Source: an uncultured virus (IMG/VR IMGVR_UViG_2522125086_000001) (lineage: Duplodnaviria > Heunggongvirae > Uroviricota > Caudoviricetes). Taken from it: 37,524 nucleotides of DNA. The DNA lies in the IMG/VR virus record IMGVR_UViG_2522125086_000001; one strand, written 5' to 3'. The stretch's first letter is position 1. Each line of letters opens with the position of its first letter. A program made the translations under genes and the position numbers. This document shows positions 9,213 through 17,977 of the stretch, in pieces. Below the pieces are notes generated by a model that saw nothing but the letters and a program-made list of their open reading frames with translations, made no database searches and had not been told where the DNA came from.

Positions 9213-10182
9213 AGCGTTCTACCTCAGGTATGATTTTTTCCATGATGCCGTCCATGGTTTTTACAACGAACGGGTATGCTTCTGCTGTCAGTCTCAGATA
9301 TCTTTCTGTTGCCGACAGATTCCTGTGTCCAAGGTAGGTGCACAAAAGCGGAAGGAAGGCATTGGGATCTGTTCCGGCTTCAACCGCGGCCTGCAGAGAA
9401 TGAACTGCAAAGGTATGGCGAATATCATGCAGTCGAGGGCCTTTACCTCGTCCCTTGTGATGTATACCGGCCTTCCACAGCGTATTTCGAAACCAGTCAT
9501 AGGCTGTGTTTCTGCGGAATGGCATCTGTTCGTTATGCTGGAAAACAGGTTCTTCGTCCGAATACCCTTGCGAGGATAGGTAATCAGCCATGCGTTTCGA
9601 AAGGCTTGGCGACATCGGTACCAGCCTGGAGTTGTCATTCTTTGCTTCACGAACCAGCAGTACCTTCTGACTCAGAGAGATATCTCCAACCGTAAGTGAT
9701 AAAGCCTCGTTGATTCGCAACCCCGTCCCATAAAGGAGACGAAACAGTAAAGGTGCACAACGAACATAGGATGTACTCTGGTCTTGCCAATTGTCAGCGG
9801 CATCAAATATGCGCCGTATTTCATCGTGTGTAAAAATATATGGAGTGAACCCACTGCCATGCAGTTTTTCTCTTGCGTTTGGAGGTGAGGGAAGTACATC
9901 GTCACCTTGAGACAGCAGATAGGAGTAAAACTGGCGATATACACTATTTCTGGTCGAAAATGTCTTGTCAGACTCAGAACTGCGTTTACTAAGCCATCTG
10001 TATACTGTCTCTTCCGGGTGATCTGCAGGGGTAACACCATGTGTCTGGAAGTATCGATCCAGCCTCTGCAATTCTTTTACCTCTCCGTTATATTTATAGC
10101 CTTCAAGCCTTTTGGACTCGACAAACTCATAAAGGCGTGAAGCGTACCCACTTGAGAAGAAGGGTTTGTTGTATGGCACCAT
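9202..10182 (-). CDS. Tyrosine recombinase RitB-like
   Basis: GTGLRINE, KGPRLHDIRHTFA, YLGH, RY. Confidence 0.9.
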   Translation of the reverse strand: MVPYNKPFFSSGYASRLYEFVESKRLEGYKYNGEVKELQRLDRYFQTHGVTPADHPEETVYRWLSKRSSESDKTFSTRNSVYRQFYSYLLSQGDDVLPSPPNAREKLHGSGFTPYIFTHDEIRRIFDAADNWQDQSTSYVRCAPLLFRLLYGTGLRINEALSLTVGDISLSQKVLLVREAKNDNSRLVPMSPSLSKRMADYLSSQGYSDEEPVFQHNEQMPFRRNTAYDWFRNTLWKAGIHHKGRGKGPRLHDIRHTFAVHSLQAAVEAGTDPNAFLPLLCTYLGHRNLSATERYLRLTAEAYPFVVKTMDGIMEKIIPEVERYER

Positions 10183-10386
10183 CAGTCCACCTCCAACGCG
10201 CAGTTCCGGAGCTGACTAATTCCGATCTTAGTATAGATCATCGTAGTATTAGAAGATCTGTGTCCGAGAACTTCTGACACCGTGGATATTGGCACCCCCT
10301 GGTTCAGCATGTTTCCGGCAATACTGTGCCGAAGAGAATGCAGCCCGCGTTTCCTATGGTGAAAATCGGTAAATCCGGAAAGCTTC
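10182..10386 (-). pseudogene. RitA-like recombinase, 3' fragment (after IS21)
   Basis: Reads SGFTDFHHRKRGLHSLRHSIAGNMLNQGVPISTVSEVLGHRSSNTTMIYTKIGISQLRNCALEVD*; in frame with the 5' part when IS21 is removed. Confidence 0.88.
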
Positions 10387-10443
10387 TGTAGAACGATCGA
10401 AAAAGTTGACCACTAAAACGATCGGAAGTTGACCACTCCGATT

Positions 10444-11220
10444 TTAACTTAAACTTTCATTTTTTGCCAATAAATTTGCCTTCTTGGCAGCGAGCAATCT
10501 GTAACTGTCGCCATTGATTGTAAGCACACTACAATGATGAAGCAGTCTGTCTAAAATAGCAGTGGCGGCAGTTGTATCACCAAGTATCAGTCCCCAATCA
10601 CTGACAGGTCTGTTGCTGGTTATAACAGTACTTTTGGATTCATATCTTCTGCTTATCAGCTGAAACAAAAGATGTGAGCCATTTGCACTGAAGGGACAGT
10701 ATCCTAATTCATCAATGATGAGGACTTTAACCTTAGCAAGTTTCTGCATTTTTTGTTCAAGCTTTCCCATTTCATGGGCTTCGGAGAGTTCTTTGATAAG
10801 AGCTTCTGCCGTTTTAAAAAGTACTGAGTATCCTTGTTCTACGGCTAGCAGACCGAATCCAATGGCCAGGTGTGTTTTGCCTACTCCTGGAGGCCCAAGA
10901 AAGAGAATATTAGAGCCACTGCCAGCCCAGGACAGCGTTTTAAGTTCTCTGATGACAGCCGTATCGATACAAGGCTGCACCGAGAAGTCAAACTCCTCAA
11001 GAGTGCATTTGCGAGGGAAATGGGCTGCCATAATCCCAATCCTTATTCTGTTTTCCTCTCGACGACTAATTTCACGACTAAAGACAAACTGCAATATTTC
11101 TCTGGGATTCATTCTGCTGTTTGTAGTTTCACTGATAATTTCCTCAATGTGATCTCTGCAGAAAGTCAGATTCAGCCTGTCAGCCATAGCAACAAGATTG
11201 TTATCAGATGCCATTACCAT
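10444..11220 (-). CDS. istB: IS21 helper ATPase
   Basis: Walker A GPPGVGKT, Walker B LIIDELGY, ITSN, AILDRLLHH. Confidence 0.95.
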   Translation of the reverse strand: MVMASDNNLVAMADRLNLTFCRDHIEEIISETTNSRMNPREILQFVFSREISRREENRIRIGIMAAHFPRKCTLEEFDFSVQPCIDTAVIRELKTLSWAGSGSNILFLGPPGVGKTHLAIGFGLLAVEQGYSVLFKTAEALIKELSEAHEMGKLEQKMQKLAKVKVLIIDELGYCPFSANGSHLLFQLISRRYESKSTVITSNRPVSDWGLILGDTTAATAILDRLLHHCSVLTINGDSYRLLAAKKANLLAKNESLS

Positions 11221-12542
11221 GCGCCTCCAGTAACTTTTGCATACTCATCGAGTGAACGTGACAGGCTGTTCTGCCCCCACGTTTCATAATCGGGACTAAC
11301 GTCATTAAAAATTTTAATGGTTGATTTTTCCTGCAATTTTGCAGTATAAAAGGAAGTGGCCTTATCTATTCTGATAACTTTATTATCATCATCGTGGAAG
11401 ATGATTTCTGTGTCTGTTATCTGAATAAATACGCTTTGATTGGAGTACTGCTCCGGTAGTTTATACAATCTGTTCTCGACGCGGATAAGGCCACACTTGT
11501 CTGCCTTTCTGGTTTCCTCACGTATGTTTGTAAAAAATACTCTGTCAACAGTCCTGAGTTCAGATCGTTCCTTTTGTGTAAATCTTTCTGCCGGGGTTTC
11601 AGCTTGTATGCCGGAGGTATGAACCAGTGAAAGTTTCCTTACGTCTGAGTATTTCACCAACCATAAATCTATCCACTTCTGTAAGTCCTCAAGAGAATCA
11701 AAGTTTCTGCCTGGTAGTGCATTTTCCTTGAAATACCTTACCATACGTTCACATTTACCTTTAGAGCGGGGTTTATATGGCGTACACGCGACAGGCTTAA
11801 CATTCCAATAATGGCAGAATGCCGTATACCTTTCATTAAATTTGAGCTCACTGCCGTTATGTACTGTAACCAGACATTTTGTATTATCTGAGACTATTGC
11901 CAGAGGAACTCCTCCAAAATGTCTAAAAGCATTCTCAATACCATTAAGCCATGCTTCAGTATTTTCTGCCGTAAACGCCTTTACGTAAATTCTTCTCGAA
12001 TAACCGAGAACACTAACAAAAAAGTGAATCCTGACATTACTCCCGCCTATCATCACATCCTGTTCTCCAAAATCTATCTGCAGGTGATCACCAGGTTGGG
12101 TTTCATAGCGACAGGGGATTGATTCGCCACGATTCTTCAGTTCCTTTCTGAACTGCTTGCAGAAAATCTGTAACCCTCGTAAATTCGCACTGCCATCATA
12201 CGATTCCTTAAGTTTTCTCAGCAGAGGTACACAGTGTCCATTCATCTCGAGAAACAGCTCTTTAATTGTTTCTCTGTTGATCTTCAGATAGTTATTAAAA
12301 CTGTCCTGCACACGTACCTTTGGTTTTTGAATACCATTCATGTATTTACGAACAGATTGCCTTGAAATTCCCAATTTTCTGGCTATATCCCTGATAGACT
12401 TTCCTTGTTTAGAAAGTTCATGGATCTGATTTTGAAATATTGAATCAAACATTCTGGAATACCCATTTTCTTTTATACGATATTCCGATATTTTATGTTT
12501 TTTAGATCTTTTCATGACCACTCCATTATCTATTTGTTTCAT
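11214..12542 (-). CDS. istA: IS21 transposase (start uncertain)
   Basis: HTH SIRDIARKLGISRQSV; YETQPGDHLQIDFG, LGYSRR, SDN, KGKCER. Confidence 0.93.
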   Translation of the reverse strand: MKQIDNGVVMKRSKKHKISEYRIKENGYSRMFDSIFQNQIHELSKQGKSIRDIARKLGISRQSVRKYMNGIQKPKVRVQDSFNNYLKINRETIKELFLEMNGHCVPLLRKLKESYDGSANLRGLQIFCKQFRKELKNRGESIPCRYETQPGDHLQIDFGEQDVMIGGSNVRIHFFVSVLGYSRRIYVKAFTAENTEAWLNGIENAFRHFGGVPLAIVSDNTKCLVTVHNGSELKFNERYTAFCHYWNVKPVACTPYKPRSKGKCERMVRYFKENALPGRNFDSLEDLQKWIDLWLVKYSDVRKLSLVHTSGIQAETPAERFTQKERSELRTVDRVFFTNIREETRKADKCGLIRVENRLYKLPEQYSNQSVFIQITDTEIIFHDDDNKVIRIDKATSFYTAKLQEKSTIKIFNDVSPDYETWGQNSLSRSLDEYAKVTGGAW

Positions 12543-12601
12543 AATTTATAGGTGGTCAACTTTTATTCGTTTAGGTGGTCAACTTTTGCGATCGTTTAAC
12601 A

Positions 12602-13606
12602 AAGCTTCATATATTTATTGATGATGTTGTGAAGGTTGTTATCCTGCCCAAAAGCCTCGTAAGGGGCATTGTGCCGGACAAAAATGTTCCGGCAAGAAGT
12701 TTCTGGTCGGCCATTCTTGAAGTAATCAATAAGAGCAGCCGCAACATCATCTAACAATGGAAAGGTCATCACTGTACCGGTCTTCCCCTGACAGAATGTG
12801 AAAGATGACTTATTCCAGTCAATGTTGGACAGACAGAGATCACGGATATCTCCGACGCGCATGCCGTACCTTACAGCAAACAGTAGAATGGCGTAATCCC
12901 GTTTCCCTATGGGGCTTTCCCGATCAACATTGGAAAGTAGCGTTGTTATCTCCTCTGTCGTGTAAAATGATGGGATGCGCCCTTTATGTGTTCCCTTAAC
13001 ATTTGGCACAAAAACAGAATTATCAACAATGGTGTATTCGTGCTTGTATAGGAAATCGAAAAATTTCCTTAAAACATAGGCATCATAGGTCTGTGTTGTG
13101 CGGCAGACATTGGCACGGGTTTTCCAATATTCAAGGATAGTATCCTTGTTAAGTTTTGCATAATTGGTGAAGCCATGTCTTTCAAGGAACCACAGAAAGG
13201 ATTCCATACGGGATCTTATCTGTCTGTGTGAAGTCCTTGTCATTGTTTTCGAGACAAAATCCATGAATTCCCCAATAGCTGGCTGGAATGTCTGGCTGAA
13301 ATAATGGTCTTTACATGATCTCCGTCTGTAAATAGTGCCATTGGACTGATATTCCAGAAGTACAGTGATGGCCCGACGACAGTGGCGGTAATCACTCTTT
13401 GCGCGGTCTTTGGAAGGTTCATCGTAAGTTTGGTAACAATACCGTTCCCAACATTCCCTGTTGAATTTAGGTATTCTTTCCTGTTCCATGAATTGAGATA
13501 AACGGTTCCAAAAACGGTGGTATGCTGCAATTGTATGCCTGTCATACTGCAGTGTGCGGAGCAGTTGATCGACTGCCCCTGTAAGCTCCTCAAATGATGC
13601 ATTCAT
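12602..13606 (-). pseudogene. RitA-like recombinase, 5' fragment (interrupted by IS21)
   Basis: AGGAG RBS before MNASF; GKRDYAILL, YGMRVGD, KTG; lacks the HxxRH/LGH/Y residues, which lie at 10182-10386. Confidence 0.88.
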
Positions 13607-13758
13607 ACTGATGACATCTCCTACAAATATATCCAAGATACTGCCTGTGAAATAATTATAGGAAATTATGAAAAGTTTTTATGTATGATGATTGGTAAAA
13701 ATCCTTGTAAAATCAGAGGTTATACATAAATCTTTCCTATAACTCCGGGCGATGCATA

Positions 13759-13792
13759 ATGAACTTTATGTAAAGCTTTACATAAAGTTCAT
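13759..13792. repeat. Perfect 34-bp palindrome at the RIT-2 end
   Basis: ATGAACTTTATGTAAAGCTTTACATAAAGTTCAT. Confidence 0.95.
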
Positions 13793-14377
13793 ATTCACCT
13801 TGGACAGGGAGATCACACACCGCAGACCCTGCGCAACCTTGCCAACATCATGGCAAGCCACGAGAGCCTCTTAGCCGAAGCCCTTAAGCTTGACCAGCAC
13901 CGCATGGCAAGATACTGCAGAACGGTTGATCCAAGATTCCTTAAGGAACTCAACAAGAAAAAGCCGCAGACCATGGACGAGCTCGAGGACATCTGGTACA
14001 TCAGCCAGGGCGAGAACTACGGCAGAGAACAGCATTACAACGGATCAAGATACAGAATGCTGAACTACCACGCCACCTTTTCAAAGCACACCATCGAGTT
14101 CAGACTTTTTGAATTCGAAGCACCAGCCAACGGAAAGCAGAACGGCATTCACGCAGGACGCCTTAAGGCTTACATTCAGCTTTGCCTTGCCTTAAGCGAG
14201 ATGGCAAAGGAAGTCAGAACCGCAAGCCCTAAGCCGCAGCAGCATGAGAATCCGAAGTTCGCGATGAGAACATGGCTTTTAAGACTCGGGTTCATCGGTG
14301 AAGAGTTCGCAACAGCCCGCGAGATTTTAACCCGCAACCTTAGCGGAAACGCAGCCTTCCGGTTCGGAAGAGCCTAA
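13793..14377 (+). pseudogene. Amidoligase, 3' part
   Basis: IHLGQGDHTPQTLRNLANIMASHE...RYRMLN...TIEFRLF; the rejoined gene is about 314 aa. Confidence 0.85.
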
Positions 14378-14480
14378 ACCACAGCGAGGACTTAGCCTCC
14401 TCCTGCCGGCCCCTTGAGTGGGGTTTCGGCAGTAGAAGGGTAAGCCTTCCGGAATCAAACAAAAACGAAAGGAACAGATT

Positions 14481-14945
14481 ATGACAAAGAGATATTACAT
14501 CGCCTACGGCAGCAACCTGAACATTGACCAGATGAGCTACCGCTGCCCCGGCGCAAAGGTTGTAGGCACATCGGAAATACCGGATTTTGAGCTTCTCTTT
14601 AAGGGAAGTAAGAGCGGAGCCTACCTTACCATCGAGCCAAAGAAAGGAGCGAAAGTTCCTGTGGCGGTATGGGAGGTAACGGCTGATGATGAACTTTCCC
14701 TTGACCGCTACGAAGGCTATCCGAATTTCTACTACAAGACGGAAGTGGAAATTCCGGTTATCGGCATTAGTGATCGCAAGGTAAGAAAGCTTAAGGCCTT
14801 CATCTACATCATGCATGAGGAGCGCGAAATCAGCATTCCTTCCCAGCGGTACGTGGATATCTGCCTTGAGGGCTACGAATCCTTCGGCTTTGACGAAAAC
14901 CACCTTTATGACGCTTTGAACATCAGTCTTGATCACGATGAGTAG
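14481..14945 (+). CDS. Gamma-glutamylcyclotransferase family protein
   Basis: YIAYGSNL and LDRYEGYP motifs; GAAAGGA RBS. Confidence 0.88.
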   Translation: MTKRYYIAYGSNLNIDQMSYRCPGAKVVGTSEIPDFELLFKGSKSGAYLTIEPKKGAKVPVAVWEVTADDELSLDRYEGYPNFYYKTEVEIPVIGISDRKVRKLKAFIYIMHEEREISIPSQRYVDICLEGYESFGFDENHLYDALNISLDHDE

Positions 14946-14977
14946 ATAGCGATAAATCATTGAAAATAAAGGATTTA

Positions 14978-15011
14978 TTGACTTGATAAGGTGTGCGTTA
15001 AGAGCAAATAT
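14978..15011 (+). promoter_or_regulatory. Repeated 34-bp promoter-like motif, copy 3
   Basis: TTGACTTGATA-N12-AGAGCAAATAT. Confidence 0.65.
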
Positions 15012-15096
15012 GAACACCGTAAGGCGGATGGCGGTAAGCCTCAAAACTTCCGCACCGCCGGGTTTAACGATTTAATTAGATCAGAAGGATCTCAGA

Positions 15097-15309
15097 ATGA
15101 ATACAGACAAAAACGAACCGAAAGTATGCCCGCTCTGTGGCAAAACCTACACCGGACATCCGGCTCTTTCCCGAAAGGACGACAATACTCCAATCTGCCC
15201 GGACTGCGGTACCAGAGAGTCACTTGAAGCCATCGGAATCTCCCCCGAAGAGCAGGAAAAAGTTCTCGAAATCATTCATGAAAAGCTCGCTGAAAAACCT
15301 TGTAAATAG
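15097..15309 (+). CDS. Small zinc-ribbon protein
   Basis: CPLCG...ALSR...CPDCG; GAAGGA RBS. Confidence 0.75.
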   Translation: MNTDKNEPKVCPLCGKTYTGHPALSRKDDNTPICPDCGTRESLEAIGISPEEQEKVLEIIHEKLAEKPCK

Positions 15310-15327
15310 TTGAAAATACTGGGTTTA

Positions 15328-15361
15328 TTGACTTGCTATAGTGTACCTTCAGAGCGAATAT
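15328..15361 (+). promoter_or_regulatory. Repeated 34-bp promoter-like motif, copy 4
   Basis: TTGACTTGCTA-N12-AGAGCGAATAT. Confidence 0.65.
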
Positions 15362-15408
15362 AAACACAACAAAACGAACACGAAGGTACATTTTTCAAGG
15401 AGTCAGAC

Positions 15409-15846
15409 ATGAACAATTTCGAGAACTTTTACAACCGCATCAGGGATGCAAAGAACGCCTACGATGCCGCCAGGACAGAGGATGAGAAGAACGCTGCAAG
15501 ATCCGCCTACAAGGCAGTCTGGGATGAACTTAAGGAGCTTGGCAGAGAAGCCTGCCGCCTTTTTAACGAGTACGAAGTTTCCCGGGACAGCGGCAACGAT
15601 TACCTCGACATCAGCGAAGTGGTCTGGGACAACGAAGCGGCAAAGCTGATTGAAGCCATGAGGCAGAACGGAATCGAGAGGTTCACCTTTTCCTCCGGAT
15701 GGAGTCACGCAGTGGAAACCGCATGGCTTTTCAAGGAGGCCGGATGCACCCTTGAGGGACTGGTTGAGATTAACAGCCGCTACACCGGATGGAACAGCGA
15801 CGAACACGAAAAAGCCCACGGCTACCTTTTCCGAGTTGAGGGTTAA
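15409..15846 (+). CDS. Hypothetical phage cargo protein
   Basis: AAGGAG RBS; own promoter motif and terminator. Confidence 0.75.
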   Translation: MNNFENFYNRIRDAKNAYDAARTEDEKNAARSAYKAVWDELKELGREACRLFNEYEVSRDSGNDYLDISEVVWDNEAAKLIEAMRQNGIERFTFSSGWSHAVETAWLFKEAGCTLEGLVEINSRYTGWNSDEHEKAHGYLFRVEG

Positions 15847-15867
15847 GAACGAACAGAATTAAACAGC

Positions 15868-15893
15868 AGGAGGTCGGAACAGGCCTCCTTTTT
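15868..15893 (+). terminator. Rho-independent terminator
   Basis: AGGAGGTC-loop-GGCCTCCT followed by a T-run. Confidence 0.7.
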
Positions 15894-15926
15894 AACTCAA
15901 AAAAATAGTACAAAATCAGACACTTA

Positions 15927-15960
15927 TTGACTTGCTATACCTTCGGTACAGAGCGAATAT
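15927..15960 (+). promoter_or_regulatory. Repeated 34-bp promoter-like motif, copy 5
   Basis: TTGACTTGCTA-N12-AGAGCGAATAT. Confidence 0.65.
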
Positions 15961-15993
15961 ACAGTCATCGAGAACAACAACGGAGACTTAAAA

Positions 15994-16281
15994 ATGAGCA
16001 AGATGACAGAAAGAGCAAGAACCTACAGATTACCGAATCCTTCCACTCCGGAGGATCTGGAATGCCGCTGGAGCAAGACCTTAAGATTCGGTGATAAGGT
16101 AATCCTGGCAGGTCACTACTACAACGGAGCAGGCAAGCCCTCCTACTACGGCGCGGTTTACGAGTTCCTCACCGAAGACACCGGCTGCGAGGCTGAGATC
16201 GGACTTCGCGAGGTAAGCGGCGTAGATTTCATGGATGAAGGCCATGCACTTGAATGGGCGATGAAGAACGCCAACAATTAG
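15994..16281 (+). CDS. Hypothetical phage cargo protein
   Basis: GGAGA RBS; own promoter motif and terminators. Confidence 0.72.
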   Translation: MSKMTERARTYRLPNPSTPEDLECRWSKTLRFGDKVILAGHYYNGAGKPSYYGAVYEFLTEDTGCEAEIGLREVSGVDFMDEGHALEWAMKNANN

Positions 16282-16284
16282 TAC

Positions 16285-16339
16285 GGAGCTTAACGGCTCC
16301 TTTTTTATACCCAAAAGATCGCTTCGGCGGTCTTTTTTT
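16285..16339 (+). terminator. Tandem Rho-independent terminators
   Basis: GGAGC-TTAACG-GCTCC-T6, then AAAAGATCGC-TTCG-GCGGTCTTTTTTT. Confidence 0.75.
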
Positions 16340-16361
16340 ATGCCTGTAAGGAGGTGAGCAG

Positions 16362-17969
16362 ATGGCAATGCGGAAACTTAAAAAATACATCCCCACAAAG
16401 TTCAAGGCAAAGAAGTCCGTGTATGACAAGGATGCCGCCGACTACGCAGTGAACTTTATTCAGGCTCTCTGCCACACCAAGGGAACATGGGCGGGTAAGC
16501 CTTTTGAACTTATCGACTGGCAGGAGCAGATTATTCGAGATCTGTTTGGAACCTTAAAACCGAACGGCTACCGGCAGTTTAATACGGCGTACATAGAGAT
16601 AGCCAAGAAGCAAGGAAAATCAGAGCTTGCTGCCGCTGTGGCACTGCTTCTTACCTGCGGAGATGGCGAGGAAAGAGCCGAGGTTTACGGCTGTGCCGCA
16701 GACCGCCAGCAGGCCACCATCGTATTTGATGTGGCTGCCGACATGGTGAGGATGTGTCCGGCTCTGAACAAAAGAGTGAAGATCCTGGCCTCGCAGAAAC
16801 GCATCATCTACACCCCGACCAACAGCTTTTATCAGGTTCTTTCTGCGGAAGCCTACTCAAAGCACGGATTCAACATTCATGGCGTGGTCTTTGATGAACT
16901 GCATACTCAGCCGGACAGAAAACTTTTTGACGTTATGACCAAGGGCTCCGGCGATGCCCGAATGCAACCTCTGTATTTTCTCATCACCACTGCGGGAACC
17001 GACACTAATTCCATCTGCTACGAAACCCATCAGAAGGCTAAAGACATCCTTGAGGGCAGAAAGATCGATCCGACTTTCTACCCGGTAATTTACGGGGCTG
17101 CCGAGGATGATGATTGGACAGATCCGGAAGTCTGGAAAAAGGCTAATCCATCTCTTGGAATCACCGTCGGCATCGACAAGGTACAGGCTGCCTGCGAATC
17201 AGCAAGGCAGAATCCGGGTGAGGAGAACGCCTTCAGACAGCTCCGCCTCAACCAATGGGTAAAACAGTCCATTCGCTGGATGCCGCTTGAGAAATGGGAT
17301 GGCTGCTCTTTTGCGGTTAATCCTGATGAGCTTGAAGGCCGTGTATGTTACGGCGGTCTCGACTTATCAAGCACCACCGACATCACCGCTTTCGTGCTGG
17401 TGTTCCCGCCGAATGATGAGGATGACAAATATTACATCATGCCGTTCTTTTGGATTCCGGAAGACACCATGGAGCTTCGAGTGAGACGAGATCACGTACC
17501 TTACGACGTATGGCATAAACAGGGATTTCTGGAAACCACTGAAGGCAACGTGGTGCATTACGGATACATTGAAAAGTTCATTGAGAACCTTGGCACCCGC
17601 TACAACATCCGGGAAATTGCCTTTGACCGCTGGGGAGCCGTGCAGATGGTACAGAACCTTGAGGGCATGGGCTTTACCGTAGTTCCTTTCGGCCAGGGCT
17701 TTAAGGACATGTCTCCGCCTACCAAGGAACTCATGAAACTCACCCTTGAGCAGAAGCTTGCTCACGGCGGTCATCCGGTTTTGCGCTGGATGATGGACAA
17801 CATTTACATAAGAACAGATCCCGCAGGCAACATCAAAGCCGACAAGGAAAAATCCACCGAGAAGATTGACGGTGCAATTGCCACCATCATGGGACTTGAT
17901 CGCGCTATTCGATGCGGCAATGACAATACCTCGTCTGTTTACGATGAACGTGGAATTTTATTTATCTAG
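16362..17969 (+). CDS. terL: Phage terminase large subunit
   Basis: IAKKQGKS Walker A, VVFDELH Walker B, ITTAG, GGLDLSST nuclease motif, EKIDG. Confidence 0.95.
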   Translation: MAMRKLKKYIPTKFKAKKSVYDKDAADYAVNFIQALCHTKGTWAGKPFELIDWQEQIIRDLFGTLKPNGYRQFNTAYIEIAKKQGKSELAAAVALLLTCGDGEERAEVYGCAADRQQATIVFDVAADMVRMCPALNKRVKILASQKRIIYTPTNSFYQVLSAEAYSKHGFNIHGVVFDELHTQPDRKLFDVMTKGSGDARMQPLYFLITTAGTDTNSICYETHQKAKDILEGRKIDPTFYPVIYGAAEDDDWTDPEVWKKANPSLGITVGIDKVQAACESARQNPGEENAFRQLRLNQWVKQSIRWMPLEKWDGCSFAVNPDELEGRVCYGGLDLSSTTDITAFVLVFPPNDEDDKYYIMPFFWIPEDTMELRVRRDHVPYDVWHKQGFLETTEGNVVHYGYIEKFIENLGTRYNIREIAFDRWGAVQMVQNLEGMGFTVVPFGQGFKDMSPPTKELMKLTLEQKLAHGGHPVLRWMMDNIYIRTDPAGNIKADKEKSTEKIDGAIATIMGLDRAIRCGNDNTSSVYDERGILFI

Positions 17970-17977
17970 GAGCATAC

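Larger units (their letters stand above)
10387..12601 (-). mobile_element. IS21-family insertion sequence
   Basis: TGT...ACA ends with tandem AAGTTGACCAC repeats; 7-bp target duplication AAGCTTC (10380-10386, 12602-12608); istA-istB pair. Confidence 0.95.
8105..13792 (-). mobile_element. RIT element 2, carrying a nested IS21
   Basis: Perfect 32-bp IRs at 8105-8136 and 13729-13760; palindrome at 13759-13792; CAT at both junctions; removal restores GGA ATC CAT ATT CAC (GIHIH). Confidence 0.9.

Noticed and set aside
4176..13606. Tyrosine recombinases as the prophage integrase
   Set aside because: They are in trios bounded by their own IRs and interrupt phage genes; no prophage integrase or att site is visible in the window.
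10380..13780. IS21 target AAGCTT matches the centre of both RIT palindromes
   Set aside because: AAGCTT occurs many times in the window, and the insertion is in coding sequence rather than at a palindrome; probably coincidence.
14340..15044. Long antisense ORFs (also 5666-6271, 33185-33727, 940-1428)
   Set aside because: They are shadows of well-supported genes on the other strand, with no recognisable motifs.
3143..15960. Integron attC sites
   Set aside because: The 34-bp motifs are not palindromic, lack GTTRRRY/RYYYAAC boxes and sit in promoter position; the recombinases are RIT-type.
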